Positions 1 through 9,777 are shown, counted from the stretch's first letter. The stretch: DNA of 64,000 bases from a bacterium (GCA_037127795.1 JBAXXQ010000001.1:78607-142606); one strand, 5' to 3'. Numbers and translations are program-made. Notes: generated from the sequence alone by a model not told the origin.

Positions 1-2
1 TG

Positions 3-173
3 ATACAAGGTGAACCTATTACAGTGTCTTGTAATCTTCGATATGTGCTCGATATGTTTCAATCTATTGCAAGTGATAGTGTAAGTCTCTCATTTACTGA
101 ACCTACACGACCTATTATTAGTCGTGGTACATCAGACAACTCTTTCTTGTATCTCTTGATGCCAACTCGCTAA
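3..173 (+). CDS. dnaN: DNA polymerase III beta sliding clamp, C-terminal fragment (5' end outside window)
   Basis: In-frame translation ...IQGEPITVSCNLRYVLDMFQSIASDSVSLSFTEPTRPIISRGTSDNSFLYLLMPTR* matches the conserved DnaN C-terminus (..LMPxR end). Confidence 0.75.
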   Translation: MQGEPITVSCNLRYVLDMFQSIASDSVSLSFTEPTRPIISRGTSDNSFLYLLMPTR

Positions 174-174
174 T

Positions 175-423
175 ATGAACAATCTTTTTTCTTCTCTTTT
201 AGAGCAGATAAAACAAAATTATAAAAATAAGGCTACTACCTCAACCGAAATAACATCACTCGTAAGTGATGTTATCGGGTTTCAACTACAAGAGAAAGAT
301 ATAAAAATTTCTCAAGGAGTTTTGTATATTACTGTTTCTCCAACTATCAAGTCTACTGTTATGCAACACAAAAAAGAATTACTTGAAAAGCTTGCTTCGT
401 GGGGTGTTAGTGCTATTCGGTAA
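175..423 (+). CDS. DUF721/DciA-like small protein, typical neighbour of dnaN
   Basis: 82 aa; ISQGVLYITVSPTIKSTVMQHKKELLEKL resembles the DUF721 core; sits immediately after dnaN. Confidence 0.45.
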   Translation: MNNLFSSLLEQIKQNYKNKATTSTEITSLVSDVIGFQLQEKDIKISQGVLYITVSPTIKSTVMQHKKELLEKLASWGVSAIR

Positions 424-2908
424 AAGTAACTGCCTGTGTTGCCTGAAGTGTGTTGAGGAGATTATCTGTTGCTAGTGCTTTGATAGTATAAGATCCTGCA
501 CTATAGCCATATTCTTTTGGTGTAAAAGAGAATTTGAATGGTGATTGTAATGTGGTGAGATAATTATCATTGATATAAATATCTGCCGCTGTTACAGGAT
601 GAGGACTATCTTTTGTTTGTAAGAATATTGTTTGTGTACTTGTAGTAGGGAAGCTGTTGGGAAGGTTTTGGAATGTGACAGCAGTAGTATTTATTCCTGT
701 GTGTACAGTATCGTATCCTTTCGGAATATCTGCGTATGATGTTGTTTGGTAGTTTCCTTTATGATTTTCCCACCATGTTTGTACTGCTGGTTCCCAAAGT
801 CTAAATTCTGGATCACTATTTGGATTTGTTGGTGCTGGTCCTGTTGGATCATCTTTGTTTACCCAATACAAAATATCATGCACGCTAGTAATTATTTTTT
901 CTATACGAGATTCTGTTGGTGTTGCGTCTGTTGCGCGTTGTCCACTTGTTTTATCAATCCATACAGATTCATTACCAAGCCAACTTCCACGAAGTACTGG
1001 TTTTAATGAATTGTAATTATCTGGTGGAATAGGTTTTTCAAACGTAGTATGAGGAGTGTTTGGAAGTATACTTGTCATAAAGGTTTTCCATATAGGACCA
1101 GATACCGCAGAACCTCCAGATTTCATTTTTGAGTTGTCATTATTTCCTGACCAAACACCAACAGTAATATCTGGTGTATAGCCAATAATCCACGCATCAT
1201 GATCATCATTTGTAGTACCTGTTTTTACTGCAACACCAGGGATAGTAATTCCTGTACCAAATGTAGGGACACGAGGCGCTGGATCACTAAGTACATCATT
1301 GAGTGTTTTTATTGCATTGGGATCATACACTTCAGTATGTTTATCGGTGAAGTTTTCTACAGTGTTTCCTTCGCTATCTTTTATAGAAAGTATTCCTGTT
1401 GCTTCATTTCTTGTACCATTATTTGCAAATACACTATAGGCACTAGTCATATCAAGAAGGGTGACTTCGCCTCCTCCAAGCACAAGAGAAAGTCCATAGT
1501 TTGCTGGATCGGTAAGGGTGGTAATACCGAGACTTTGTGCTGTTTGTAATGCAGTATTGAGCCCTACAAGATATAGTAATTTTACCGCTGGAACGTTTCG
1601 TGATTCTGCGAGCGCAGAGCGGAGATTGATAGGTCCTTTGAATTTATTATCAAAGTCATCAGGGTTGTAACATTCTGTTTGCGCGTGTCCTGGAAGAGGT
1701 TTTTCATCTGCGGTACAGTTGGTAGAAAATTCTGTTGGCACATCAAAAAGTACTGTGTCCGGGGTATACCCCTTTTCAAATGCAGAAAGATAAATAAATG
1801 GTTTGAATGATGAACCTGGTTGTCGCTTTGCTGTTGCTATGTTGTATGCACCATCTATTGTTTTATCAAAATAATTTTTTGATCCAACCATAGCAAGAAT
1901 TTGTCCAGTCTTTGGATCTATTGCTACAAGACCACTATTTGAAGCGTTATATTTTGTTTTGTTTTGATCTGCATATTGCGCAATAGTCTGTTCTGCTTGT
2001 TGCTGCATAGTATAATCAAGAGTTGTTTGGATAGTGTAGCCACCGTTTTCCATAACATCAGCACCGTATTTTTGTTCTAGATAATCAAGAATATAAAATA
2101 CAAAATGTGGTGCTTTGATACTGTTTGCTGCAGCAATATTGAATACCACTTTTTCTTTTTTTGCTTGATCATATTGTGCTTGAGTAATATATTTTTGCTC
2201 AAGCATTTTTTTCAATGTAAGATTTTTTCTATCTTCAAGTGCTTGTCTATTTTTTCCAAAAGGGGAGTAGTATGTTGGTGCATTTGGAATAGAAGCAAGA
2301 TATGCAGACTCTGCTATATCGAGATCTTTTGAATGTTTACTAAAGAATGCCTCACTAGCTTCTTCTATACCATATATAGTCCCTCCGTATGGTGCATCGT
2401 TGAGATATATGGTAAGAATTTGATCTTTACTCATTTGTCTTTCGAGACGTACAGCAAGTACCCATTCTTTTAATTTACGAACAACGTTTTTATTAGAGTT
2501 CAAGAGAGTATTTTTTACTACTTGTTGAGTAAGTGTAGAGCCACCTTGAGAAAAGCTTCCGTGAATTACATTACTGAGCATTGCTCGGATAATAGAAGTT
2601 ATTTTGATACCACCATGAGTATAGAATTGTGCATCTTCTATAGAAATAACTGCGTGTTTTACATTATCTCCCATTTGATCAAAAGGGATCTGGGTGCGAC
2701 GAACACTTTGATGAATATCGTACAACATCACTGTACCGGTACGGTCGGTGATTTTTGAAGAGTTTGCTATTTTGCGAGCTTCAAATGTAGACATATCGGG
2801 GAGTTGTATAGTACTTGCCCAAATAAACACTGTTCCTATAAAAAATAACCCTACAGCACCTATAATAATAAGTATTTTCTTGATAGTTTTGAATGAAATT
2901 TTCTTCAT
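413..2908 (-). CDS. class A penicillin-binding protein (PBP1A; glycosyltransferase + transpeptidase)
   Basis: N-terminal TM anchor; GT51 motifs EDxxFxxHxG (IEDAQFYTHGGI), GGSTLTQQ, RKLKE; transpeptidase SSFKP (SxxK), SRN, KTGTT. Confidence 0.9.
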   Translation of the reverse strand: MKKISFKTIKKILIIIGAVGLFFIGTVFIWASTIQLPDMSTFEARKIANSSKITDRTGTVMLYDIHQSVRRTQIPFDQMGDNVKHAVISIEDAQFYTHGGIKITSIIRAMLSNVIHGSFSQGGSTLTQQVVKNTLLNSNKNVVRKLKEWVLAVRLERQMSKDQILTIYLNDAPYGGTIYGIEEASEAFFSKHSKDLDIAESAYLASIPNAPTYYSPFGKNRQALEDRKNLTLKKMLEQKYITQAQYDQAKKEKVVFNIAAANSIKAPHFVFYILDYLEQKYGADVMENGGYTIQTTLDYTMQQQAEQTIAQYADQNKTKYNASNSGLVAIDPKTGQILAMVGSKNYFDKTIDGAYNIATAKRQPGSSFKPFIYLSAFEKGYTPDTVLFDVPTEFSTNCTADEKPLPGHAQTECYNPDDFDNKFKGPINLRSALAESRNVPAVKLLYLVGLNTALQTAQSLGITTLTDPANYGLSLVLGGGEVTLLDMTSAYSVFANNGTRNEATGILSIKDSEGNTVENFTDKHTEVYDPNAIKTLNDVLSDPAPRVPTFGTGITIPGVAVKTGTTNDDHDAWIIGYTPDITVGVWSGNNDNSKMKSGGSAVSGPIWKTFMTSILPNTPHTTFEKPIPPDNYNSLKPVLRGSWLGNESVWIDKTSGQRATDATPTESRIEKIITSVHDILYWVNKDDPTGPAPTNPNSDPEFRLWEPAVQTWWENHKGNYQTTSYADIPKGYDTVHTGINTTAVTFQNLPNSFPTTSTQTIFLQTKDSPHPVTAADIYINDNYLTTLQSPFKFSFTPKEYGYSAGSYTIKALATDNLLNTLQATQAVTFTE

Positions 2909-2968
2909 ACTAGTATCATAGAAGAAAAACTTTAAAAAACAAAGTGAAAATGCTATTATGCCAATATA

Positions 2969-4174
2969 ATGAATAACTCAAAAGATACCCAAGAGAAAAT
3001 CAGTACCCTAATAGAAAAAGGGGTTTCTGAAATTTTACCAAGTAAAAAATTCCTTGAATCACTTTTAATACAAGATAAAAAGCTTCGTATATATGCAGGA
3101 TTTGATCCGACAGGGCCAACACTTCACCTCGGACACACTATTCAGCTTCGCAAGTTGCGACATTTCCAAGATCTCGGTCATGAAATAATCTTTTTAATAG
3201 GAGATTTTACTGCACGCATTGGAGACCCTACAGACAAGACTGCCGCACGCAAACAACTCACTGAAAAAGAAATAAAAACAAATTTGAAATTGTACAAAAA
3301 ACAAGCAGAAAAATTTATTAGCTTTTCTGGAAGAAATGGTGCAAAAATAAAATTCAATAATGACTGGCTCGGTAAAATGAAGTTTGCAGATGTGCTCGAA
3401 CTTGCAAGTCATATGACTGTAGATCAAATGCTCAAGCGCGATATGTTTGCTCGTCGTATCGAAGAAGAAAAGCCAATTTATATTCACGAATTTATGTATC
3501 CACTCATGCAAGGATACGATAGTGTCTATATGCAAGTAGATGGAGAAGTAGGGGGGAATGACCAGCTTTTCAACATGCTCGCAGGACGCACACTTCTTAA
3601 ACAATTGAAAAATAAAGAGAAATTTGTTATCACTACAAAACTCCTCGAAGATGCGAATGGTAAAAAAATGGGAAAGACCGAAGGTAATATGGTGTCTCTC
3701 ATTGATACCCCAGAAGATATGTATGGCAAAATAATGTCTTGGACAGATGGGCTTATGGTTCCAGGTTTTGAGCTTTGTACTGATTTGAGTATGGGTGAAA
3801 TTGCTGATATTACAAAAGAATTAGAAAATGGTGCACATCCTCGCACTATCAAAATGTGTCTTGCATACGAAATTACAAAATCTATTCATGGGGAAAAAAG
3901 TGCACAGCAAGCACAAGATAATTTTGTAAGTATGTTTCAAAAAAAAGAAATTCCTACTGATGCGCAAAAGATAAATATACAAAACAAAACACTTGAAGAG
4001 ATTCTTATAGAAAACAACCTTCTTACTTCAAAAGGGGAAGTGCGACGTATGCTCGAAAGTGGTGCTATAAAAAATCTTTCAACAGACACAGTATTAAAAA
4101 ACGAAGATGCAAAAAGTATTCCAGGACAAGGAGTATATAAAATAGGAAAAGCAAAGTTTATAGAGTTTGTATAA
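2969..4174 (+). CDS. tyrS: tyrosine--tRNA ligase
   Basis: HLGH (HIGH variant) and KMGKT (KMSKS) class-I motifs; GFDPTGPTLHLGH; C-terminal S4-like tail. Confidence 0.9.
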   Translation: MNNSKDTQEKISTLIEKGVSEILPSKKFLESLLIQDKKLRIYAGFDPTGPTLHLGHTIQLRKLRHFQDLGHEIIFLIGDFTARIGDPTDKTAARKQLTEKEIKTNLKLYKKQAEKFISFSGRNGAKIKFNNDWLGKMKFADVLELASHMTVDQMLKRDMFARRIEEEKPIYIHEFMYPLMQGYDSVYMQVDGEVGGNDQLFNMLAGRTLLKQLKNKEKFVITTKLLEDANGKKMGKTEGNMVSLIDTPEDMYGKIMSWTDGLMVPGFELCTDLSMGEIADITKELENGAHPRTIKMCLAYEITKSIHGEKSAQQAQDNFVSMFQKKEIPTDAQKINIQNKTLEEILIENNLLTSKGEVRRMLESGAIKNLSTDTVLKNEDAKSIPGQGVYKIGKAKFIEFV

Positions 4175-4180
4175 ATAAAA

Positions 4181-4207
4181 AACCCCGAGAGTCTCGGGTT
4201 TTTTTTG
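4181..4207 (+). terminator. rho-independent terminator after tyrS
   Basis: aaccccgagagtctcgggtttttttt: GC stem, then T-run. Confidence 0.7.
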
Positions 4208-4214
4208 TATGGTT

Positions 4215-4580
4215 TTAAAAATTATTTATTTCTCTAAATAATCTTTCAGTAGATTTTGCTCCGGTATTGCATATAGCAAGATCAAAACCACTCGTGTTTG
4301 CTGGAGAAAAACCAGCAGAATAAAGAATTACTTTTGTTTCTGGGTGTTTTTCTTTTGCACCCTTTAAAAGTAGTAATGAGGCACTGGTTGGGTTGTCTGA
4401 TTCTCCACCAGCAACAATAGAACTTGTAATAACAAGACAGTTTTTACCGACTAAGCCTACTGCTTGTTTCCAGTTTTGTGCATATACAACTTCTAGGTGT
4501 GGACATGTATGCTCAATTCGGTCTTTTACTGCTTCAAAATATAAGAAGCTTTCTGCGCAAAGAATAACTAATTTTTTCAT
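4215..4580 (-). CDS. hypothetical protein (possible receiver-like fold, no clear phospho-acceptor Asp)
   Basis: 121-aa ORF with alternating beta/alpha-like pattern; no diagnostic motif. Confidence 0.3.
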   Translation of the reverse strand: MKKLVILCAESFLYFEAVKDRIEHTCPHLEVVYAQNWKQAVGLVGKNCLVITSSIVAGGESDNPTSASLLLLKGAKEKHPETKVILYSAGFSPANTSGFDLAICNTGAKSTERLFREINNF

Positions 4581-4859
4581 TGTATTTTTTTCTATACAAT
4601 ACTTTATTCAAAAATAAAGTCAAATTATTTCAACCCGAAAAGTTTGCCGAGGAGATCTGTCCAAGTCTTTTGAAATAAGGTTACAAAGAGAAAACCAGGG
4701 ACAAAAAAGACACTTACCAATATAAAAAGTATAAGGTCGAATATAAAAGCAATAATGTCTTCGGCTGATTTCACTACTCGTATACTACAAAAAATGACGA
4801 AATGGTCAAATTATGGTGGAAAACACATGTTACAAAAAGTCGTGGTATTATAGATATAT

Positions 4860-5786
4860 ATGACGATAGTAATTACTGGAGGATCGGGGTTCGTAGGGAC
4901 AAAGCTTTCAAAAAAGCTTTTAGATAAAGGCTATACAGTGATTGTGGTAGATTTGCATGCACCAACATTTACCAATGAAAAACTATTTTTTATTCCACTT
5001 GATCTTACCAAGTCTATTATTCCTTTTGGTGTTCTCGAACATGCAGATGCAGTAGTCAATCTTTCAGGTGCTCCTATTTCTCAAAAATGGAACGAAGAAG
5101 TACAAAAGGTTATTTATGATAGTCGCATCGAAAGTACTAAACATGTAGTACAAAGCTTTGAAGCAACACATGCTCGCCCAGGAGTACTAGTAAATGCTTC
5201 TGCTATAGGATTTTATGGGGAAACAGGAGAAAGTATTTCTGATGAAAAAACACCTGCAGGAAAAGGGTTTTTGGCAAAAGTAGTTACTGATTGGGAAAAC
5301 GAAGCAAATAAAGCAAGTGCATTTGGGGTACGAGTAGTATTGGTACGTACTGCGCCAGTGCTTGGTTTAGGGGGGATGCTTGCGCTCTATACACAGACAG
5401 CACGGTTTGGATTTTTGCTCGGTCTACAAAAAGATTTTATGCTTTCATGGATCCATGTAGATGATCTTGTAGATGCATATATTTTTGCAATTGAAACCTC
5501 AACCGTACAGGGAGTAATAAATGCTGCTGCTCCAGAGACAACAAGTTATAAAAAATTGATGCTCGCACTTTCACACACTATCCACCGTCGTGCGTTTTTC
5601 TTTATTCCAAAAAAGCTCGCGCTCTATGTATTTGGTGTTGATGGGTATGAAGAGTTGACTGTAAACCAGCTCGCCAAGCCAAGTAGATTGCTTGATAAGG
5701 GGTTCGTATTTACTTATCCGACACTACAAGGTGCTCTCACACAAATATATCCAGTAGTACAAAAAAACCATGAAAAGAGTAGATAG
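4860..5786 (+). CDS. NAD-dependent epimerase/dehydratase family protein (YfcH/TIGR01777-like)
   Basis: N-terminal Rossmann motif ITGGSGFVGTKL; length and C-terminal region fit the YfcH (DUF1731) family; extended -10 tgGTATTAT 8 nt before ATG (leaderless). Confidence 0.6.
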   Translation: MTIVITGGSGFVGTKLSKKLLDKGYTVIVVDLHAPTFTNEKLFFIPLDLTKSIIPFGVLEHADAVVNLSGAPISQKWNEEVQKVIYDSRIESTKHVVQSFEATHARPGVLVNASAIGFYGETGESISDEKTPAGKGFLAKVVTDWENEANKASAFGVRVVLVRTAPVLGLGGMLALYTQTARFGFLLGLQKDFMLSWIHVDDLVDAYIFAIETSTVQGVINAAAPETTSYKKLMLALSHTIHRRAFFFIPKKLALYVFGVDGYEELTVNQLAKPSRLLDKGFVFTYPTLQGALTQIYPVVQKNHEKSR

Positions 5787-6645
5787 TGTAGTACAACCAA
5801 GTGCCGGATACGAACTTATCGATTGTGGTAATGGACGCAAGTTAGAACAATTTGGCGAACTTGTTCTCGATAGACCAGATCCTCAGGCACTTTGGCAAAA
5901 AACAGACAAGTCTCTTTGGGTGCGCGCTGATGGGCAATTCCTTTGGAAAGAAAGTGGTGAACGGTGGAAAATGCAGCAAGGCATCGCAGACTCTTGGCAT
6001 ATGGCGTATGCAGATATGGTTTTTTCTCTTTCAACAAAAGGATTCAAACATGTAGGGATTTTTCCAGAACATATTGCGCAATGGGAAGAATTGTACACAC
6101 TCGGCAAAAAATATGCGAATACCAAGCAACCATTAAAAATGCTTAATTTGTTTGGCTATACTGGCGCCGCAAGTGTCGCAGGATCTCTCGCTGGTATGCA
6201 GGTGACTCACGTAGACGCATCAAAAACAACTATACTCACAGTCCGAGAAAATATGGAGCTCTCAGGACTCAAACAAGATGCAATGCGTATTATTTGTGAA
6301 GATGCATTTCTCTATGTGAAGCGTTTGGTGAAAAGAGGGGAGCAGTTTGATGTTATTGTGATGGATCCACCAGCTTTTGGTCGTGGACCAAAAGGCGAAG
6401 TATGGAAAATAGAAGAATCTCTCACCGAGTTTCTCGCACTTCTTCCATCTATTGTTTCACCTAGTGCAAAACTTGTTATTTTAAATGGATACGCAGCAGG
6501 GTACAGTGCTCGCACATTTGGTGAACTTCTCGGCGAATCTCTCAAAGATAAAAAAGGTGAAATAATATATGGCGATATTGGTATGCAACAAAAAAATACC
6601 GATCGTGTGCTCACAACCGGTATTTATGCGAAATGGGTTAAGTAA
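5770..6645 (+). CDS. class I SAM-dependent (rRNA-type) methyltransferase, RlmI/YccW-like catalytic domain
   Basis: LNLFGYTGAASVAG (SAM-binding), DVIVMDPPAFGRG (DPPxF motif). Confidence 0.6.
   Translation: MKRVDSVVQPSAGYELIDCGNGRKLEQFGELVLDRPDPQALWQKTDKSLWVRADGQFLWKESGERWKMQQGIADSWHMAYADMVFSLSTKGFKHVGIFPEHIAQWEELYTLGKKYANTKQPLKMLNLFGYTGAASVAGSLAGMQVTHVDASKTTILTVRENMELSGLKQDAMRIICEDAFLYVKRLVKRGEQFDVIVMDPPAFGRGPKGEVWKIEESLTEFLALLPSIVSPSAKLVILNGYAAGYSARTFGELLGESLKDKKGEIIYGDIGMQQKNTDRVLTTGIYAKWVK
6586..6645 (+). repeat. direct repeat copy 1 (3' end of methyltransferase ORF), 57/60 identical to 8235-8294
   Basis: caacaaaaaaataccgatcgtgtgctcacaaccggtatttatGcgaaatgggtTaaGtaa. Confidence 0.9.
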
Positions 6646-6664
6646 ATTTTTTATATATAAAAAA

Positions 6665-6688
6665 AACCACGATACGTTCGTGGTTTTT
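6665..6688. terminator. bidirectional rho-independent terminator
   Basis: aaaaaaaccacgatacgttcgtggttttt between convergent genes. Confidence 0.6.
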
Positions 6689-6693
6689 AGTTT

Positions 6694-7326
6694 TTAACTA
6701 GCAATACCTAAATAGGGTACATGGTTACCGAAATGGTCAATACAAAAAGTATCAATAGTGTCATTTTTTGGTATTTCACGATATGCAGGTATCGGACAAA
6801 TTCCAATACTTGAATCATTAGTTTTTAAATACCTGGTAACACCAGCACTACTAGTTGATCTTCCTTCGTTTTGTAATGCGCGTACGAGAACCCCATCAAC
6901 ACCATATTCTGTTAGTAATTTTGGTAAATCAATAACAGTAGACCCATCATCGACAACTGATATAACAATAGGAATATTCAAATCCTTTGCTTTTTGTATT
7001 GCATTTTTTGCCATATCATTAGTAAATTTATTTAAACTTATTTCAACCCTAGTAAGACCAGATCTTACGGATGCTTTGGTAGCGCATAAAACAGAAACAC
7101 GCTTACCTAGATTAAATATTTTTTCTAATAATTCATCAAAACCTACAAACAATCCAGTTTCTCCGTTGCTTGTTAGATACACCTCATCACAAGAGGGGAG
7201 CTCTTTCAAAACAGTAGCTATTACTTTTTCTGAATCTCCTTCGTTGTGTTTTGGTGTTCTACAAAAACTACAACCAAGTGGGCATGGTGCTGGCAGTTGT
7301 ACTGCCAAAATCTTTTGCTTTTTCAT
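6694..7326 (-). CDS. small radical SAM domain protein (unknown specificity)
   Basis: CPLGCSFC = CxxxCxxC 4Fe-4S/SAM cluster motif near N-terminus; 210 aa. Confidence 0.6.
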   Translation of the reverse strand: MKKQKILAVQLPAPCPLGCSFCRTPKHNEGDSEKVIATVLKELPSCDEVYLTSNGETGLFVGFDELLEKIFNLGKRVSVLCATKASVRSGLTRVEISLNKFTNDMAKNAIQKAKDLNIPIVISVVDDGSTVIDLPKLLTEYGVDGVLVRALQNEGRSTSSAGVTRYLKTNDSSIGICPIPAYREIPKNDTIDTFCIDHFGNHVPYLGIAS

Positions 7327-7374
7327 TTTTAATTATTTTTAATAGTACACAATATATTTATACTATATACTATA

Positions 7375-7399
7375 CTGTATTGTTATATTTGCAATACAG
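7375..7399. promoter_or_regulatory. inverted repeat CTGTATTG-N9-CAATACAG in divergent promoter region (candidate operator)
   Basis: Perfect 8-bp inverted repeat between the divergent radical-SAM and TrmB-like genes; TTGACA-N17/18-TATACT promoter follows at 7411-7440. Confidence 0.4.
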
Positions 7400-7466
7400 T
7401 TTTATATAATTTGACAAAAAGATATTATTTTATATATACTAAATACTGTTATTAACTATTAACAAC

Positions 7467-8228
7467 ATGATAGAAGAAACACTACAAAACATAGGGTTAA
7501 CTGATAAAGAAATTCAAGTTTTTTTAACAGTTTTTCAAAATAAAAGAATTTTACCAGCACGAATAAGTACACTGTCTGGTATTAATCGTTCTACGGTATA
7601 TGTAATTGGGGAAAAACTAGAAAAAGAAGGACTTATTACTATCGATTACGGAAATAGTAGTAGATATTTTGTTGCACCTGATATACAAGATTTGGAAAAA
7701 CAACTAAAACAAGAAGAAGAAAAACTTCAAAAAAAAGAGCAGTCTTATAAAAATTTACTCAAAGAGCTTAAAAATTTACCTGTTACTGGAAAATATTCAG
7801 TACCAAAAATTCGTTTTATAGCAGAACATCAATTAAAAGATTTTCTTATTAAAGAATCAGATAAATGGGCAAAAAGCGCTCTTTTATATGATAAAACATG
7901 GTGGGGGTATCAAGACCCTACACTACTCGAGCAATATGAATCTTGGCCTGATTATTTTTGGCCAAAATATAAGAACGACATCTTGATGAAAATTTTTACA
8001 AATAAAAAGATTATCGAAAAAAAGATTAGTAAAAAGAATTATTCAGGCAAGAGAATGATTAAATTCCTTGATCCTAAAAAACATGATTTTTCTGCAACAC
8101 AGGTAGTTGTTGGAGAATATATTCTTATGATAGTAACAAGAGAACATCCTCATTATTTAATAGAGATACACGATGCTGTTATGGCTCACAATCTTAGAGA
8201 ATCTTTTAAATTAATGTGGGGAGAATAG
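7467..8228 (+). CDS. TrmB-family (winged HTH) transcriptional regulator
   Basis: N-terminal LTDKEIQVFLTVFQNKRILPARISTLSGINRSTVYVIGEKLEKEGLI matches the TrmB-type HTH; 253 aa. Confidence 0.55.
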   Translation: MIEETLQNIGLTDKEIQVFLTVFQNKRILPARISTLSGINRSTVYVIGEKLEKEGLITIDYGNSSRYFVAPDIQDLEKQLKQEEEKLQKKEQSYKNLLKELKNLPVTGKYSVPKIRFIAEHQLKDFLIKESDKWAKSALLYDKTWWGYQDPTLLEQYESWPDYFWPKYKNDILMKIFTNKKIIEKKISKKNYSGKRMIKFLDPKKHDFSATQVVVGEYILMIVTREHPHYLIEIHDAVMAHNLRESFKLMWGE

Positions 8229-8234
8229 TGTGTA

Positions 8235-8294
8235 CAACAAAAAAATACCGATCGTGTGCTCACAACCGGTATTTATACGAAATGGGTAAAATAA
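8235..8294 (+). repeat. direct repeat copy 2 (relic of methyltransferase 3' end), 57/60 identical to 6586-6645
   Basis: caacaaaaaaataccgatcgtgtgctcacaaccggtatttatAcgaaatgggtAaaAtaa immediately after the TrmB stop. Confidence 0.9.
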
Positions 8295-8585
8295 TTAAAC
8301 TTCTTCAATTTGAAATTCAGAAAAGTAAGCACTCGGGTTTAATTCTAAAGCTTCCAAAACTGCAAAGATTAGAATTTTTACCGTAATTGCATAACTAAAA
8401 TGTATTTCTACAGATAGTTCTTTTTGATCAGAATGATCTATCTTTTTTAGTTCAGGAAGAATACGCATTCCTACTGTTTGTAAAAAAGAAGCTTGAATAC
8501 TATCAAATAGTAACCTTTCCTTATTTTTTGGAATAAGTTTTTCAAAACATCGAGTTGTTACTCGTACATTGTCAGTAAATCTCAT
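8295..8585 (-). CDS. hypothetical protein
   Basis: 96-aa ORF, no recognisable motif. Confidence 0.3.
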   Translation of the reverse strand: MRFTDNVRVTTRCFEKLIPKNKERLLFDSIQASFLQTVGMRILPELKKIDHSDQKELSVEIHFSYAITVKILIFAVLEALELNPSAYFSEFQIEEV

Positions 8586-8685
8586 ATATTATTTTTTTAT
8601 TAAAATACTCTTTATTAAAAATAAGTCAAGTTTTTTATACATGCTATAATTCATTCTGTTATAAGAATTAGAAAGTAATACAGAT

Positions 8686-9300
8686 ATGTCATTTTTAACA
8701 CAACTCAATTGGCGGTATGCCACAAAAAAGTTTGATACAGAAAAAAAGATATCAGACGAGCAATTACAAAAAATACAACAAGCTATCAAGATGGCGCCAA
8801 GCTCATTCGGATTGCAACCATTGCATGTATTGGTAATAACCAACTCAGAACTTCGTGAGCAATTGAAAGGTGCTTCATGGGGGCAGGGACAAGTAACTGA
8901 TGCGTCACATCTTTTTGTATTTTGCGCTCGTACAGACTTGCTTGCTCGTACCAATACTTTTTTTGAAGCAATATCTGGTGGCTCAGCAGAAGCTCGTGCA
9001 GGATTGAAAGGCTACGAAGAAATGATTACCAATACAGTAAATGCACTTTCTCCAGAAAAAGCACAACAATGGACTGCTCGCCAAGCATATATTGCGCTCG
9101 GTTTTGCTTTGGCTGCATGTGCAGAGCTCGAAATAGATTCTTGCCCAATGGAAGGATTTGATCCAGCACAATATCATCACATTCTCAATCTTCCAGAAGA
9201 TATGCAAGCAGTGCTTGTGCTCCCTGTAGGATTTCGTCACGCAGACGATGTTATTAGACCTAAATTTAGATTCAATGACATCTTCGAAACTCGCGCCTAA
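8686..9300 (+). CDS. nitroreductase family NAD(P)H oxidoreductase
   Basis: LNWRYATKKFD N-terminus and overall pattern typical of NfsB/NfnB-like nitroreductases. Confidence 0.75.
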   Translation: MSFLTQLNWRYATKKFDTEKKISDEQLQKIQQAIKMAPSSFGLQPLHVLVITNSELREQLKGASWGQGQVTDASHLFVFCARTDLLARTNTFFEAISGGSAEARAGLKGYEEMITNTVNALSPEKAQQWTARQAYIALGFALAACAELEIDSCPMEGFDPAQYHHILNLPEDMQAVLVLPVGFRHADDVIRPKFRFNDIFETRA

Positions 9301-9700
9301 GTATAGTGTTCCTGGAGACCTTGTTGTAAAAAAGGGGATTAATGGACTCGGCCTTTTTACCAAAGTATCTATCAAAAAAGGTGATTGTATTATTGAATAT
9401 GTCGGTGAAATAATCACTGAAGATGAAGCAAATATTCGTGGTGGCAAATATCTTTTTCAAACAGGAAAAAATCGCCATATAGATGGTACTGCTCGGACAA
9501 ATACTGCCCGCTATCTCAATCACTCATGTCGCCCCAACGCAGAGAGTGATATCAAAAAAGGACGCATATTTATCTTTGCAAAAAGAAATATCAAACCTGG
9601 CGAAGAGCTTTGTTATGATTATGGTAAAGAATACTTCAATGAATACATCAAACCAAAAGGGTGTCGGTGTGAGAAATGCGTAGTAAAACAAGAAGTGTAG
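9275..9700 (+). CDS. SET-domain protein (putative protein lysine methyltransferase)
   Basis: NHSCRPN and ELCYDYG SET signature motifs; C-terminal CRCEKC post-SET-like Cys cluster; ATG at 9275 overlaps the nitroreductase 3' end by 26 nt. Confidence 0.75.
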   Translation: MTSSKLAPKYSVPGDLVVKKGINGLGLFTKVSIKKGDCIIEYVGEIITEDEANIRGGKYLFQTGKNRHIDGTARTNTARYLNHSCRPNAESDIKKGRIFIFAKRNIKPGEELCYDYGKEYFNEYIKPKGCRCEKCVVKQEV

Positions 9701-9777
9701 ACGACTATGTTTTACTTAGTCCAGCAAGGTTTCATAATAAAAAACCGAGTCGGGCAGTGCTAAGTCAATAAAAGGTA

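Noticed and set aside
746-2758. Several 60-116-aa plus-strand ORFs inside the PBP1A gene (746-1006, 1199-1549, 2105-2332, 2522-2758)
   Set aside because: They are Cys/Phe-rich translations of the antisense strand of a well-supported 831-aa gene and carry no motifs.
4215-4580. Response-regulator receiver annotation
   Set aside because: No acidic pocket or phospho-acceptor Asp could be aligned with confidence, so it is left hypothetical.
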